From Campylobacteraceae bacterium (GTDB taxonomy: Bacteria; Campylobacterota; Campylobacteria; Campylobacterales; Sulfurovaceae): 64,000 bases of DNA. The DNA lies in NCBI GenBank assembly GCA_027036015.1, contig JALVTH010000068.1, forward strand, positions 4,730-68,729, in the 5' to 3' direction. Positions 1-10,477 of this stretch are shown here, one piece after another (positions within the stretch are counted from its first letter, which is position 1; each line of letters begins with the position of its first letter). The notes below the pieces were generated by a model. It made no database searches, had not been told where the DNA came from, and saw only the letters and a program-made list of their open reading frames with translations. The position numbers were made by a program, and so were the translations under genes.

Positions 1-156
1 TTGATTATTTAAAGCTCCTTTGCCCTCTTCAAAAGATTTTTTTTCACCATTAAAGGCAGTCAGTGAATCTTTAAACTCAGAAATAAGCAAATTTGGATCA
101 TCCGTTTTCCAAATTTTTTTGGCTTTTCCTTCATAGAGTAATTCTCTTTTTTCCAC
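1..156 (-). CDS. purC: SAICAR synthase (phosphoribosylaminoimidazole-succinocarboxamide synthase), 5' fragment; the gene continues past the window start
   Basis: Not in the ORF track because it runs off the window. Minus-strand translation from GTG at 156 gives [52 protein letters not shown], which is the conserved PurC N-terminus. The start abuts the ctpA stop codon (157-159). Confidence 0.85.
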   Translation of the reverse strand, partial: MEKRELLYEGKAKKIWKTDDPNLLISEFKDSLTAFNGEKKSFEEGKGALNNQ

Positions 157-1527
157 TTATTTTCCTTTGTTTGATAAAATCAAAGCTTTTAAAATATCAT
201 ACGCTTCTTTAAGCTGAGCATCGTTTAATAAATCTTTTTGAGTAATTACTTTTTTCTTATCAACTTTTGTCGTATTGCTTTCTTTTGTGATATTGTCCTC
301 TTTTTTCTTCTCTTTCTTTTTTTCTTTTTTACCATCAATTTTTTCAAGTTCTGCTTTAAGATGTTGTTTTAGTTCATTTTCTTTAATTTCAAGAGGATTA
401 AGTTTCTTTTGCGTTGCTTTACCAGGATAAACAATAACATCAGGTGTAATGCCTTTGTTTTGAATAGTTCTTCCACTTGGCAAATAGTATCTTGCAACTG
501 TTAATTTGATTGCCTCTTTTTTATTAATTGGCACTACTATTTGCACGCTTCCTTTTCCAAACGTTTTTTCACCAACAATTACTGCTCGTCTGTGATCTTG
601 CAATCCTCCTGTTACAATCTCACTTGCACTTGCACTTCCACCATTAACTAAAACCGTAATTGGAATTTGTGTATTAGTGCCTTCTTTGTGCGCTTTATAA
701 ACAACATTTTCTTCTTTAACACGCCCTTTTTGGCTTACTAAAACACCTTTATCAATAAACATATCAAGAAGTCCTGTTGCTTGGCTCAAAAGACCGCCTG
801 GGTTATTGCGCAAATCAAAAATAATTCCTTTTGCGTTTGGATTTTCCTTCAATATCTTCTTCACGCTCTCTACTACATGTGCATCAAATGAGCTAATATG
901 AATGTAAAGCACTTTATCTTTTTTCTTATCATCTAAAAAGATATCTTTTTTCTTGACTGATTGAATTTTGATAATTGCTCTTGTAATTTCTACAACAATT
1001 GGCTTACTCTTATCTTCTCGAACAATTGTAAGTTTAATTTTAGTTCCTGGTTTTCCGCGCATTAATTTTACGGCTTCATCAATTGTCATACCAAGCGTTG
1101 ATTGATTATTTACTTTTAAAATAATGTCTCCAGCTTTAATACCAGCTTTTGCTGCTGGCGTATCATCTATCGGTGCAATAACAGTTAAGACTCCTTTTTT
1201 CATTCCAACAACAATCCCAAGCCCACCAAATTCACCTTTTGTTTGAATATTAAGCTCTTTAAAAGCTTTTTCATCTAAAAAAGTAGAGTGAGCATCAAGA
1301 TTTGAGAGTAAACCTTTAATGGCTTTATTAATTAAAGTTGTTGTATTTAGCTCATCCACATATTGAGACTCTATAAGATTTAAAACTCTGGTAAATTTAA
1401 GATAGGCTTGAAGCTTACTTTCAGTATCGCTTGATTTTGCTTGTAGCGATGCAGGTTTGAGTAAAAAGAGCGAAGTTGCAACGATTGCTGCGGCACTTAA
1501 TATAATTTTTCGATTTTTTTTGAACAT
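157..1527 (-). CDS. ctpA: Carboxy-terminal processing protease (S41 peptidase with PDZ domain)
   Basis: 456 aa ORF with an N-terminal signal peptide. PDZ segment (GIKAGDIILKVNN) and S41 core (NGGSASASEIV..GEKTFGKGSVQ). Lys/Glu-rich C-terminal tail. Confidence 0.9.
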   Translation of the reverse strand: MFKKNRKIILSAAAIVATSLFLLKPASLQAKSSDTESKLQAYLKFTRVLNLIESQYVDELNTTTLINKAIKGLLSNLDAHSTFLDEKAFKELNIQTKGEFGGLGIVVGMKKGVLTVIAPIDDTPAAKAGIKAGDIILKVNNQSTLGMTIDEAVKLMRGKPGTKIKLTIVREDKSKPIVVEITRAIIKIQSVKKKDIFLDDKKKDKVLYIHISSFDAHVVESVKKILKENPNAKGIIFDLRNNPGGLLSQATGLLDMFIDKGVLVSQKGRVKEENVVYKAHKEGTNTQIPITVLVNGGSASASEIVTGGLQDHRRAVIVGEKTFGKGSVQIVVPINKKEAIKLTVARYYLPSGRTIQNKGITPDVIVYPGKATQKKLNPLEIKENELKQHLKAELEKIDGKKEKKKEKKKEDNITKESNTTKVDKKKVITQKDLLNDAQLKEAYDILKALILSNKGK

Positions 1528-1713
1528 TTAAACTTTACCTTTGAAGTAAATTTGATGCCTATTTTATTGAAATATCACTTAAAAAGTCATTATATCTCTT
1601 CTTCACCATTCACTAATCATTCTTCACTTTCTTCAAATTGCTACTTAGATTGCAATTAATTTCTTAAAATTATGTTAATCTTTCGTTAAGATTTAGGATA
1701 AAGGAGTGAAAAT

Positions 1714-4290
1714 ATGAGTAATATTTTAGAAAAACTAACACATCAAATGACACAAACTATAGAATCAGGTTTATCTTTAGCATTGCACAATAAAAACCCA
1801 GAAGTTGAACCAATTCATTTAATTTGGGCACAACTTACCAATAGTGGTTCTATTTTAAACCAAGTTTTAAATAAAATGAATATTGATAAAGCTGCAATTG
1901 AACTTGATGTTGCATCGCAAGCAAAAAAATTACCAAGCGTTTCAACTGTAACAAAAGAATCAATTAGACTCTCTCAAAATACAGTTCGAAGTTTGCAAAA
2001 TGCCGAAGGACAAATGGCAGCAAATGGAGATAAATATCTCTCAGTCGATACATGGATTATTGCTAACTTAAATGAGAGTTTTATTAAAGATACACTTGGA
2101 AAATATGTTGACTTAATGGAACTTAAGAAAAATTTAGAGGCTCTAAGAGGTGGAAAAACTATCGATAATCCAACAGCAGATGAAAAACTTGAAGCACTTG
2201 AAAAATATGGTGTTAATTTAACCCAAAAAGCAGCTAATGGTGAACTTGACCCAGTTATTGGACGTGATGAAGAGATTCAAAGAGTAATGCAAATTTTAAT
2301 TAGAAAAACAAAAAATAACCCAATATTACTTGGAGAGCCTGGAGTTGGTAAAACTGCAATTGTAGAAGGTTTAGCACAAAGAATTGTAAACAAAGAGGTG
2401 CCAGCTTCATTACAAAACAAAAAAGTTATTGAACTTGATATGGCAGCACTCATTGCTGGAGCTAAATATAGAGGTGAATTTGAAGATAGATTAAAAGCAG
2501 TTGTTGAAGAAGTAAAAAAAGATGGAAATATCATTTTATTTATTGATGAAATTCACACAATTGTAGGAGCAGGTGCTAGCGAAGGTAGTATGGATGCAGC
2601 AAATATTTTAAAACCAATGCTTGCGCGTGGAGAGCTCCATACCATTGGGGCAACAACTTTGAAAGAGTATAGAAAATATATCGAAAAAGATGCAGCACTT
2701 CAAAGAAGATTCCAACCAGTGCGCGTTGAAGAGCCAAGCATTGATGAAGCGCTTCAAATTATGCGAGGAATTAAAGAGCGTCTTGAAGCACACCACAACG
2801 TACAAATTTTAGATAGTGCTTTAGTTGCAGCTGTTAAACTTTCAAATAGATACATTAGCGATAGATATTTACCAGATAAAGCAATTGACTTAATTGATGA
2901 AGCTGCAGCTGAACTTAAAATGCAAATTGAGTCTGAACCATTTGAGCTTTCTAAAGTAAAAAGAGAAATTCAAAAAGTGCAAGTTGAAATTGAAGCACTC
3001 AAAATGGAGCTAACTCCTAAAAATGAAGAAAAAATTAAAGAACTTGAAAAAGAGTTAGCTAATTTAGAAGAGAAAAAACGTCAGCTTGAATCACAATTTG
3101 AAACAGAAAAAGAAATTTTCAATAAAATTGCGCAAATTAAACAAACCATCGAAGAGAAAAAACGCGAAGCTGAACTTGCAAAACGAGAAGCAAACTTTAA
3201 TAAAGCCGCAGAAATTGAATATGGCGAAATCCCAACATTGCAAAAAGAGCTTGATGAGCTAAATAGCAAATGGGAAAAAATGCAAAAAGAAGGAACCCTT
3301 CTTAAAAATGCAGTTGATGAAGAGATGATTGCAGGAATTGTGAGCAGATGGACTGGTATTCCAGTTACAAAAATGTTACAAAGTGAAAGAGAAAAACTTT
3401 TACATATCGAAGATTATCTCAAACAAGAAGTTGTTGGTCAAGATGAAGCAATTAAAGCAGTTGCACGTGCTATCAAAAGAAATAAAGCTGGACTTTCAGA
3501 TCAAAACAGACCAATTGGAAGTTTCTTATTCCTTGGACCAACTGGAGTTGGAAAAACTCAAACTGCAAAAGCGTTGGCAAAATTCTTGTTTGATACCGAA
3601 AAAGCGCTTATTCGCTTTGATATGACAGAATATATGGAAAAACATTCAGTAAGCCGCCTTATTGGTGCAGCACCAGGTTATGTAGGATATGAAGAGGGTG
3701 GACAATTAACTGAAGCTGTAAGAAGAAAACCATATAGTGTCATTTTGTTTGATGAAGTAGAAAAAGCGCATCCAGATATATTTAACATTCTTTTACAAGT
3801 GCTTGATGATGGACGCTTAACAGATAATAAAGGTGTTACAGTTGACTTTAAAAACACCATTATTATTTTAACAAGCAACATTGCAAGCGATAAAATTATG
3901 GAGTTGCAAGATCCACACGATAGAGAAGTGGCAGTTAAAGCTGAATTAACCAAATATTTTAGACCAGAATTTATCAACAGACTTGATGATATGATTATCT
4001 TTAACCCACTTGGAAAAGAACAAATTATCCAAATTGTCGATATCATCTTAAGAAATGTAAAAGAAAAACTAAAAGAAAGAGATATTGAGTTAGAAGTTAC
4101 ACAAGCTGCCAAAGAAGTAGTAGCTGAAGCTGGATTTGACCCAGTGTATGGTGCAAGACCACTTAAAAGAGCTGTTCAAGAACTTATTGAAGATACATTG
4201 GCAGAAAAAATTCTTGAAGGTGCTGTTAAAGATGGTGATAAAGTTATCTTTGATGCCCAAAATGGTGAAATTAAAGTTCGCGTAGAGTAA
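1714..4290 (+). CDS. clpB: ATP-dependent chaperone/disaggregase ClpB
   Basis: 858 aa with two AAA+ modules (Walker A GEPGVGKT and GPTGVGKT), a long coiled-coil middle domain and a Clp N-domain. SD AAAGGAG lies upstream of the ATG. Confidence 0.97.
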   Translation: MSNILEKLTHQMTQTIESGLSLALHNKNPEVEPIHLIWAQLTNSGSILNQVLNKMNIDKAAIELDVASQAKKLPSVSTVTKESIRLSQNTVRSLQNAEGQMAANGDKYLSVDTWIIANLNESFIKDTLGKYVDLMELKKNLEALRGGKTIDNPTADEKLEALEKYGVNLTQKAANGELDPVIGRDEEIQRVMQILIRKTKNNPILLGEPGVGKTAIVEGLAQRIVNKEVPASLQNKKVIELDMAALIAGAKYRGEFEDRLKAVVEEVKKDGNIILFIDEIHTIVGAGASEGSMDAANILKPMLARGELHTIGATTLKEYRKYIEKDAALQRRFQPVRVEEPSIDEALQIMRGIKERLEAHHNVQILDSALVAAVKLSNRYISDRYLPDKAIDLIDEAAAELKMQIESEPFELSKVKREIQKVQVEIEALKMELTPKNEEKIKELEKELANLEEKKRQLESQFETEKEIFNKIAQIKQTIEEKKREAELAKREANFNKAAEIEYGEIPTLQKELDELNSKWEKMQKEGTLLKNAVDEEMIAGIVSRWTGIPVTKMLQSEREKLLHIEDYLKQEVVGQDEAIKAVARAIKRNKAGLSDQNRPIGSFLFLGPTGVGKTQTAKALAKFLFDTEKALIRFDMTEYMEKHSVSRLIGAAPGYVGYEEGGQLTEAVRRKPYSVILFDEVEKAHPDIFNILLQVLDDGRLTDNKGVTVDFKNTIIILTSNIASDKIMELQDPHDREVAVKAELTKYFRPEFINRLDDMIIFNPLGKEQIIQIVDIILRNVKEKLKERDIELEVTQAAKEVVAEAGFDPVYGARPLKRAVQELIEDTLAEKILEGAVKDGDKVIFDAQNGEIKVRVE

Positions 4291-4311
4291 AACACTCTGC
4301 GCTATTTTTTT
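4282..4311 (+). terminator. Possible intrinsic terminator after clpB
   Basis: 7-bp stem GTAGAGT/ACTCTGC (one G-U pair) with a 5-nt loop, overlapping the clpB stop codon and followed by GCTATTTTTTT. Confidence 0.4.
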
Positions 4312-4392
4312 AGTGATTAATCTTTTTAAAAATCTTCAAAATCTTCTTATTTCTTTAACAGTTACGATTTATAACACTTCTTCAAATTCTTT

Positions 4393-4401
4393 TGATACAA
4401 T
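4393..4401 (+). promoter_or_regulatory. Extended -10 promoter element (TGATACAAT) for the methyltransferase gene
   Basis: TGnTAcAAT match about 30 nt upstream of the TTG start at 4432. SD AAGGGA lies in between. Confidence 0.4.
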
Positions 4402-4431
4402 TTTTTCCAAAAACATTAAAAGGGATTTTTC

Positions 4432-5322
4432 TTGCAACAAATTTTAAAAATAATCAAGCAAAATTCAAAAAATTTAAATCATGAATTTAGGCGGCTTTTT
4501 CATGGAAGAGGAAAGTGCTATGAAGGATATGAAGATATTACTATTGATTCAATCGATACTATCTTATTTGTTCAAAGTTACAAAGAAATAGCTTATAAAA
4601 GGGCTTTACTTGAACTTTTGCATGAATTTATGAAAACAAGTCGCCATCAAACACTTCTATTTAAAAATAGAAGCACAAATCAATTAGAAATTATACAAGG
4701 AGAGCTAAAAGAACCCGCTGTTGCCATAGAAAATGAAATTAAATTTTTACTTAATTTTTCTAATAAAAACATTGGATATTTTGGAGATATAAGCAAAGCA
4801 AGAGCTTATATAAAAGAAATAGCAAAAGATAAAAAAGTTTTAAATCTCTTTGCTTATACATGCGGTTTTAGTCTTTTTGCAAGAGCAGGAGGAGCAAGAG
4901 AGATTATAAATATTGATATGAGCAAAGGAGCACTTTCGCGTGGTATGAAAAATCATGCCATTAACAAACTTTCAATGCAAAATATTAGTTTTTGGCCAAG
5001 AAATATTTTAAAAAGTTTTGCCAAAATTAAAGCAAAAGCTCCTTATGATATTGTTATCATTGATCCACCAACTTTTCAAAAAGGTAGCTTTGAATTAGAA
5101 AAAGATTATCAAAAAATTATTGCCTTTTTGCCTAAAATTATCCACAAAAATTCAATTATCTTAGCAACACTCAATGCACCTTATTTAGGATATGATTATT
5201 TAGATAATCTCTTTATTCAACAAGGCTTTGTAAAAATACAAAATATTAATCCAAACCCATACTATTGCAATAAAAAAAGTAAAGAAGCACTAAAAATTGC
5301 AACTTTTCAACTATCTCAATAA
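4432..5322 (+). CDS. Class I SAM-dependent methyltransferase (RlmI/RlmK-like catalytic domain, no PUA domain)
   Basis: 296 aa with a TTG start preceded by SD AAGGGA. Motifs NLFAYTCGFS and IIDPPTF are typical of the RlmI-type rRNA methyltransferase fold. Confidence 0.7.
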   Translation: MQQILKIIKQNSKNLNHEFRRLFHGRGKCYEGYEDITIDSIDTILFVQSYKEIAYKRALLELLHEFMKTSRHQTLLFKNRSTNQLEIIQGELKEPAVAIENEIKFLLNFSNKNIGYFGDISKARAYIKEIAKDKKVLNLFAYTCGFSLFARAGGAREIINIDMSKGALSRGMKNHAINKLSMQNISFWPRNILKSFAKIKAKAPYDIVIIDPPTFQKGSFELEKDYQKIIAFLPKIIHKNSIILATLNAPYLGYDYLDNLFIQQGFVKIQNINPNPYYCNKKSKEALKIATFQLSQ

Positions 5323-5375
5323 AATTAAAGCCCAACTATGTTACTCTATTTAAAAAATATCTCAAAAGGAATTGT

Positions 5376-6239
5376 TTGGAAAAAGCAATAAAAGATTTTA
5401 CTTGTGCTGGTTTTACCCTAAAGCCAAATGCACCAGAATTAAAAACACTCTTTTTAGATATTAAAAAAAAGTTTCAAAAATTTGGCATTGATGTATTAAT
5501 TAGTGCTGATTCAGCCAAAATGATTGGATTAGAAGGAATTGAATTTAGTAAAATGTGCCAAAAGTGCGACTTTTTGGTCTCTTTAGGAGGTGATGGCACA
5601 CTTTTATCGCTTGTTAGGAAAAGTTACAAATATAATAAGCCAGTTGCTGGAATAAATGCTGGAAATCTTGGTTTTTTAGCCGATGTTACAATTGATGAGG
5701 TTGAAAATTTTTTAAGCCAAATCAAAAATAATGAATGCCGTATAGATGAGAGAATGATGATAGCAGGAGAGATTGAAGGAACCAATAAAGAGATTCATTT
5801 TTATGCATTTAATGACGTTGTAGTTACCAGGCCAACAGTTTCTAAAATGGCAACAATTGAAACTTATGTAGAAAATGAAATAATTAATCGATATCGCGGC
5901 GATGGGCTTATAATTTCTACTCCAACTGGCTCTACAGCTTATAACTTAGCAGCCGATGGACCCGTAATGTATCCTTTAACTAAAGCATTTATTTTAACTC
6001 CAATTTGTCCGCACTCCCTAACGCAGCGCCCTTTAGTTATGCCTGCAGATTTTACCATCACTATAAAAACACCAAACAAAAAGCTTTTGGCTGTTATTGA
6101 TGGTCAAGATAGCTATGAGCTTACACCAGAAGATACCCTAACCATTCATGGAGCTTGTAAAAGTGCAAAATTACTTCATAGAAAAGAGCGCAACTATTTT
6201 CGAGTGCTTCGCGATAAACTTTCGTGGGGGGAAGAATGA
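5376..6239 (+). CDS. nadK: NAD+ kinase
   Basis: 287 aa with GGDGT, NDVVV and GDGLIISTPTGSTAYNLAADGP motifs. TTG start with SD AAGGA 5 nt upstream. Confidence 0.93.
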   Translation: MEKAIKDFTCAGFTLKPNAPELKTLFLDIKKKFQKFGIDVLISADSAKMIGLEGIEFSKMCQKCDFLVSLGGDGTLLSLVRKSYKYNKPVAGINAGNLGFLADVTIDEVENFLSQIKNNECRIDERMMIAGEIEGTNKEIHFYAFNDVVVTRPTVSKMATIETYVENEIINRYRGDGLIISTPTGSTAYNLAADGPVMYPLTKAFILTPICPHSLTQRPLVMPADFTITIKTPNKKLLAVIDGQDSYELTPEDTLTIHGACKSAKLLHRKERNYFRVLRDKLSWGEE

Positions 6240-7768
6240 TTAAAAGAGTTTTTATTCAAGATTTACTATCTTTTAATAAAATTAATATCGATTTTAATAA
6301 CGGCTTAAATGTTATTACAGGTCCAAGTGGAGCTGGAAAATCTGTTTTTATCAATAGCCTTTTAGCAAACTTTGGCTTAGCAAATCAAGAAGCTAAACTT
6401 TGTGAAATTGAATTAAAAAAGCCAAAAAATTTTGAAAGTGATCAATATATTCTTGAAGAAGATGAACTTATTATTAAAGCAGTAAAAAAAGATAGAGTGC
6501 GCTTTTTTTTGAATAATCAAAATATTTCAAAAAAACTTTTAAAAGAACTTTTTAGTCCATTTGTTTTTTATATCAGTGTTCGAGATAAAAAAGGTTTTAA
6601 AAACGAAACACTCCTTGAAATTATCGATAATTACGCAAGTAGAAACAAAAGTTTTAGTTCATTAAAAAATGAATACCAACAAGAATTTGCCCTTTTTAAA
6701 CAAAAAGAAAAAGAATATAAAGAACTTAGAGAAAAAATCAAAGCCTCTAAAGAGAGAATTGAATTTTTAGAATTTGAAATTAATAAAATAAAATCGATTA
6801 ATCCAAAACCAAACGAATATGAAGAGCTTTTAGAAGTAAAAAAACAACTCTCAAAATTAGATAAAATGAGTGAACTTGCACAAAATATTGAAAATATTTT
6901 TGCTTTTGAAGATGATGTGGCAGAGTTGTTTGAGTTATTAAATAAAGATAGTAGCTATTTTAGTGAAACAATGAACCAACTAAGAAGTGATTTAGAAGAT
7001 ATTGAAGAATTAAAAGAGAGCTTAAGTGAAGTTGAGATTGAAGAGTTACTCAATCGTTTAGAAGAGTTAAACTCTTTAATAAAACGCTTTGGTTCAATCA
7101 AAGAAGCTTTGCTTTATTTAGAAGAAAAAGAGCAAGAGTTAAAAGAGTTTGAAACAATTGATGAAGATTTGAGTGAACTTGAAAGCTTTTTACAAAAACA
7201 AAAAGAAAAACTCCAACTCTTAGCAAATAACTTAAGTCAAAAACGCCATCAAGCAGTAAAAGAGATTGAAAAGGAACTTGAAAAAATTTTAGAAGCACTA
7301 AAACTTCCAAAAGCTACCTTTACTTTTAAAAAAGTGCCTTTTTACTCTTTGGGAGATGAAGAAGTTAGCATAAAACTTTTTGAAAGCCAAGTAGAACATT
7401 TAAGTGGCGGAGAGTTTAATAGACTTCGTTTAGCTTTATTAAGCATTAGTGCCTCTTTTGCACAAGAAAGAGGGATTATAATTTTAGATGAAATTGATGC
7501 AAATGTAAGTGGAGATGAATCGATTGCCATTGCAAATTTACTTGCCAAGCTATCTAAAGCCTATCAAATTATAGCAATCTCTCACCAGCCACATTTAAGT
7601 GCAAAAGCTAATAAACATATTTTAATTAGCAAAGAAGAAAACAAAAGCACTCTCAAAGTACTTGATAAAAATGAAAGAGTTTACGAAATTGCAAGAATTA
7701 TTGGTGGAAAAGAAGCAAGCAAAGAATCGATTGAGTTTGCAAAAAAATTATTAGGAGAAAAGCAATGA
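6236..7768 (+). CDS. recN: DNA repair protein RecN
   Basis: SMC-like protein with Walker A GPSGAGKS, long coiled coils, signature LSGGEFNRL and Walker B IIILDEIDA. I placed the start at the ATG overlapping the nadK stop (ATGA), not at the GTG of the track ORF (6224). Confidence 0.9.
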   Translation: MIKRVFIQDLLSFNKINIDFNNGLNVITGPSGAGKSVFINSLLANFGLANQEAKLCEIELKKPKNFESDQYILEEDELIIKAVKKDRVRFFLNNQNISKKLLKELFSPFVFYISVRDKKGFKNETLLEIIDNYASRNKSFSSLKNEYQQEFALFKQKEKEYKELREKIKASKERIEFLEFEINKIKSINPKPNEYEELLEVKKQLSKLDKMSELAQNIENIFAFEDDVAELFELLNKDSSYFSETMNQLRSDLEDIEELKESLSEVEIEELLNRLEELNSLIKRFGSIKEALLYLEEKEQELKEFETIDEDLSELESFLQKQKEKLQLLANNLSQKRHQAVKEIEKELEKILEALKLPKATFTFKKVPFYSLGDEEVSIKLFESQVEHLSGGEFNRLRLALLSISASFAQERGIIILDEIDANVSGDESIAIANLLAKLSKAYQIIAISHQPHLSAKANKHILISKEENKSTLKVLDKNERVYEIARIIGGKEASKESIEFAKKLLGEKQ

Positions 7769-8532
7769 TTATTGATACCCATTGCCATTTGGACGATGAA
7801 AGATATCAAGAGGATTTAGATGAGGTTTTACAAAGGGCCAAAGAGGCAAATGTCGTTAAATTTATTATTCCAGGAGCTGAACCAAAAACCTTACCAAGAG
7901 CTATTGAGTTAGCTCAAAAGTATAAAGAAATCTATTTTGCAGTAGGAGTGCATCCATATGATGCAATTAATTATGATAGAGCTTATTTAGAAGAGTTTAT
8001 TATCCATCCAAAATGTGTAGCAGTTGGAGAGTGTGGATTAGATTATTATCGATTGCCAAAAGAAGAAGATGCAAAGCAAAAAGAAAAAGAGCTTCAAAAA
8101 GAAGTTTTTATTGATCAAATTAATTTAGCCAACAAGTACAATAAACCTTTAATTGTGCATATTCGCGAAGCAAGTTTAGATGCAAAAAATATTTTAAAAG
8201 AGTATGCAAAAGTAAAAGGAGTTTTACACTGCTACAATGCAAATGAAGGGCTTTTAGAATTAGCTAAGAGAAATTTTTATTTTGGAATTGGCGGGGTGCT
8301 TACTTTTAAAAATGCAAAAAAACTAATTCAAGTCTATCCAAAAATTCCTCTTAAAAACCTTGTAATAGAAACTGATGCTCCCTATTTAACTCCTCACCCT
8401 AATCGTGGCAAACGAAACGAACCAGCATACACACGCTTAGTATTAGAAAAGATGGGTAAACTTAGTCAAATTCCTTGTCAAGAACTTGAAGAGCTGCTTT
8501 ATCAAAACTCGCTCAATCTCTTTTTTGCTTAA
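7765..8532 (+). CDS. TatD-family metal-dependent hydrolase/DNase
   Basis: 255 aa with IDTHCHLD, GECGLDY and ETDAPYLTP motifs. ATGA overlap with the recN stop. Confidence 0.88.
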   Translation: MIIDTHCHLDDERYQEDLDEVLQRAKEANVVKFIIPGAEPKTLPRAIELAQKYKEIYFAVGVHPYDAINYDRAYLEEFIIHPKCVAVGECGLDYYRLPKEEDAKQKEKELQKEVFIDQINLANKYNKPLIVHIREASLDAKNILKEYAKVKGVLHCYNANEGLLELAKRNFYFGIGGVLTFKNAKKLIQVYPKIPLKNLVIETDAPYLTPHPNRGKRNEPAYTRLVLEKMGKLSQIPCQELEELLYQNSLNLFFA

Positions 8533-8585
8533 ATTTAAGATAGAGAAGTTAAAATTATTTAATATAAATTTAGGATGGAGATTTT

Positions 8586-9395
8586 ATGAGGAGTTTTCGA
8601 TTATCTCTTTTATTACTGCTTTTTCTTTTACAAGGGTGTGGTTTTGACAACTTAAATATTTTTCATCATCAAGATTACTATATAGAAGGCGAAGATATAA
8701 GCACTAATGAAGTTCCTTCAAATAACCCTAAAAAGCTTTCTAAAGCTAGAATAAAAGCAACAATGAAGCCATATTGCGTTAATGGCAAAGTTTATAAGCC
8801 AACTTATGTTAAAGTTGGCGATAGTATGATGGGAGTTGCAAGCTGGTATGGTCCAAATTTTCATGGACATTTAACAAGTAGTGGAGAGTATTACAATATG
8901 TTTGATATGACCGTTGCTCATAAAACGTGGCCAATGAATACGATGGTTAAAATTACAAATTTAGACAATGGAAAAAGCGTTATTGCAAGGGTAAACGATA
9001 GAGGTCCGTTTGTAAAGGGAAGAATCGTAGATTGCTCTTATGCAGTAGCAAAAAAACTGGGGTTTGATCAAAAAGGAACCTGTAACGTTCGCTTAGATGT
9101 TGTTGGATTTGCTGGAAAAGTATATAATCCAAAATCTGGCAAACCAAAACCAAAAGTGCAGCTTACAAACTTTGGCGTTCAAGTTGGAGCATTTGCAATC
9201 TTGGCTAATGCTAAAAATACAAAAGCAAAATATGAAAAACTTATTTGCAACAAACAATATGTTACAATTAAAAAGCGTCAAACACATAAAGGAATGCTCA
9301 ATACTGTTGTAGTAATGGGCTTTAATTCACGCGATGAGGCTCAAGATTTTATTAAAACGCTTAAAATTCCTGGAGCATTTATTATAAGAGATTAA
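8586..9395 (+). CDS. rlpA: Septal ring lytic transglycosylase RlpA-family lipoprotein (DPBB plus SPOR domains)
   Basis: Lipobox LLQGC. DPBB core GVASWYGPNFHGHLTSSGEYY..VNDRGPF. C-terminal SPOR-like segment FGVQVGAF... Confidence 0.88.
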   Translation: MRSFRLSLLLLLFLLQGCGFDNLNIFHHQDYYIEGEDISTNEVPSNNPKKLSKARIKATMKPYCVNGKVYKPTYVKVGDSMMGVASWYGPNFHGHLTSSGEYYNMFDMTVAHKTWPMNTMVKITNLDNGKSVIARVNDRGPFVKGRIVDCSYAVAKKLGFDQKGTCNVRLDVVGFAGKVYNPKSGKPKPKVQLTNFGVQVGAFAILANAKNTKAKYEKLICNKQYVTIKKRQTHKGMLNTVVVMGFNSRDEAQDFIKTLKIPGAFIIRD

Positions 9396-9404
9396 AGGGA
9401 AAAA

Positions 9405-9980
9405 ATGATTACTTTACATCGAAAAACGAAAGAGACTGATATTAGTTTAAAACTAAATCTTTATGGTAGTGGAAAGGCTAAAATTGATAGTGGTATTGGA
9501 TTTTTTAATCATATGTTAGAGTCTTTTGCCAAACACGCACTTATTGATTTAGAAGTAACTTGCAAAGGCGATTTAGAAGTCGATGCTCACCATAGCGTAG
9601 AAGATATTGGAATTGTTTTAGGTGAGGCTCTTGGCAAGGCTATTTATCCAGCTAAAGGGATTGAGCGCTTTGGCAATGCCGTTGTTGTAATGGATGAAGC
9701 AAGTATTAGTTGTGATATTGACCTTTCAAATAGAGCCTATTTTGTTTATGATTTGCCTTTAGATGAGGGATCAATTAATGGTTTTGATTTGGAACTTGTT
9801 GAAGAGTTTTTTAAATCAGTAACATTTAATATGCCACTTAATATGCACTTAATATATAATCGTGGAAAAAATAAGCACCATATAGCCGAAGCAGCATTTA
9901 AAGCCTTTGGAGTAGCTTTACGAAGAGCTGTTAGCAAAAATGATAGAATTGGCGTGCCAAGCACAAAAGGAGTTTTATGA
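9405..9980 (+). CDS. hisB: Imidazoleglycerol-phosphate dehydratase (monofunctional)
   Basis: 191 aa with RKTKETDI, GIGFFNHML, DAHHSVEDIGI and HHIAEAAFKAFG motifs. Confidence 0.95.
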   Translation: MITLHRKTKETDISLKLNLYGSGKAKIDSGIGFFNHMLESFAKHALIDLEVTCKGDLEVDAHHSVEDIGIVLGEALGKAIYPAKGIERFGNAVVVMDEASISCDIDLSNRAYFVYDLPLDEGSINGFDLELVEEFFKSVTFNMPLNMHLIYNRGKNKHHIAEAAFKAFGVALRRAVSKNDRIGVPSTKGVL

Positions 9981-10477
9981 TAGAACTTATTCTTTTAGAT
10001 GTTGATGGCACAATGACAAATGGACAAATTACTTATACAAATAGCGAAGAAGAACTCAAAAGCTTTTGCGTTAAAGATGGACTAGCCATTGCTTCATGGC
10101 TTAAACTTGGCAAATATGCTGCAATAATTACTGGAAGAGAATCAAAAATCGTTGCAAATCGTGCAAAAGAGTTAAAAATTCCTTTTTTTTATCAAAATGT
10201 AAAAGAAAAAGAAAAAGTTGCCGAAGAACTTTTAACAAAACTTAATCTAACTTGGGAAAATGTTGCTGCCATTGGAGATGATGTTAATGATTTTGCAATG
10301 CTAAAAAAAGCTGGCATAAGCTATACACCAAAAGATGGTTCGCACTTTTTAGATAGCGTGGTTACAAAGCGCCTTAGTAAAAAAGGGGGAGAAGGAGCTG
10401 TGAGAGAAATGATAGAAGATATTTTACAAACACAAGGGCTTATAAAGGAATTTTTAGCTTTATGGAACGCAAATTAG
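9977..10477 (+). CDS. kdsC: 3-deoxy-D-manno-octulosonate 8-phosphate phosphatase (HAD superfamily)
   Basis: 166 aa with HAD motif I DVDGTMTNG, VKDG..I and GDDVND. ATGA overlap with hisB. Followed by lptC-like and lptA-like genes. Confidence 0.88.
   Translation: MIELILLDVDGTMTNGQITYTNSEEELKSFCVKDGLAIASWLKLGKYAAIITGRESKIVANRAKELKIPFFYQNVKEKEKVAEELLTKLNLTWENVAAIGDDVNDFAMLKKAGISYTPKDGSHFLDSVVTKRLSKKGGEGAVREMIEDILQTQGLIKEFLALWNAN

Noticed and set aside
1528-1713. Known heat-shock operators (CIRCE, HAIR) upstream of clpB, and a small inverted repeat AATCTT-tcgtt-AAGATT (1677-1693) just upstream of the SD as a possible operator or RNA thermometer.
   Set aside because: I found no match to the CIRCE or HAIR consensus. 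The inverted repeat has only 6-bp AT-rich arms and does not pair with the SD, so it is within chance expectation for this composition.
3678-4112. Long antisense ORFs inside well-supported genes. Examples: 144 aa opposite clpB; 143 and 114 aa opposite tsf/rpsB at 39431-40049; 135 aa opposite the oxoprolinase gene at 45526-45933; 127 aa opposite the M16 gene at 49703-50086. Many 60-97 aa ORFs of the same kind are also in the track.
   Set aside because: All lie in the codon-complementary frame of strongly conserved genes. They translate to Ser/Leu/Phe/Cys-rich low-complexity sequence, which is the mirror of the Glu/Lys-rich sense strand. They lack SD sequences and recognisable motifs. These are classic shadow ORFs.
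5138-5146. Perfect DnaA box TTATCCACA; also the rpmH-rnpA-yidC-jag-mnmE cluster, which flanks oriC in many bacteria.
   Set aside because: It is a single isolated box inside the methyltransferase coding sequence. There is no cluster of boxes, no AT-rich unwinding element next to it, and no dnaA or dnaN in the window. The gene upstream of rpmH is fabI.
6226-6231. G6 homopolymer at the nadK/recN junction as a possible phase-variation tract.
   Set aside because: It is too short; contingency loci in Campylobacter and Helicobacter typically use tracts of 8 or more G/C. It encodes the conserved end of nadK (WGEE), and both genes are housekeeping.
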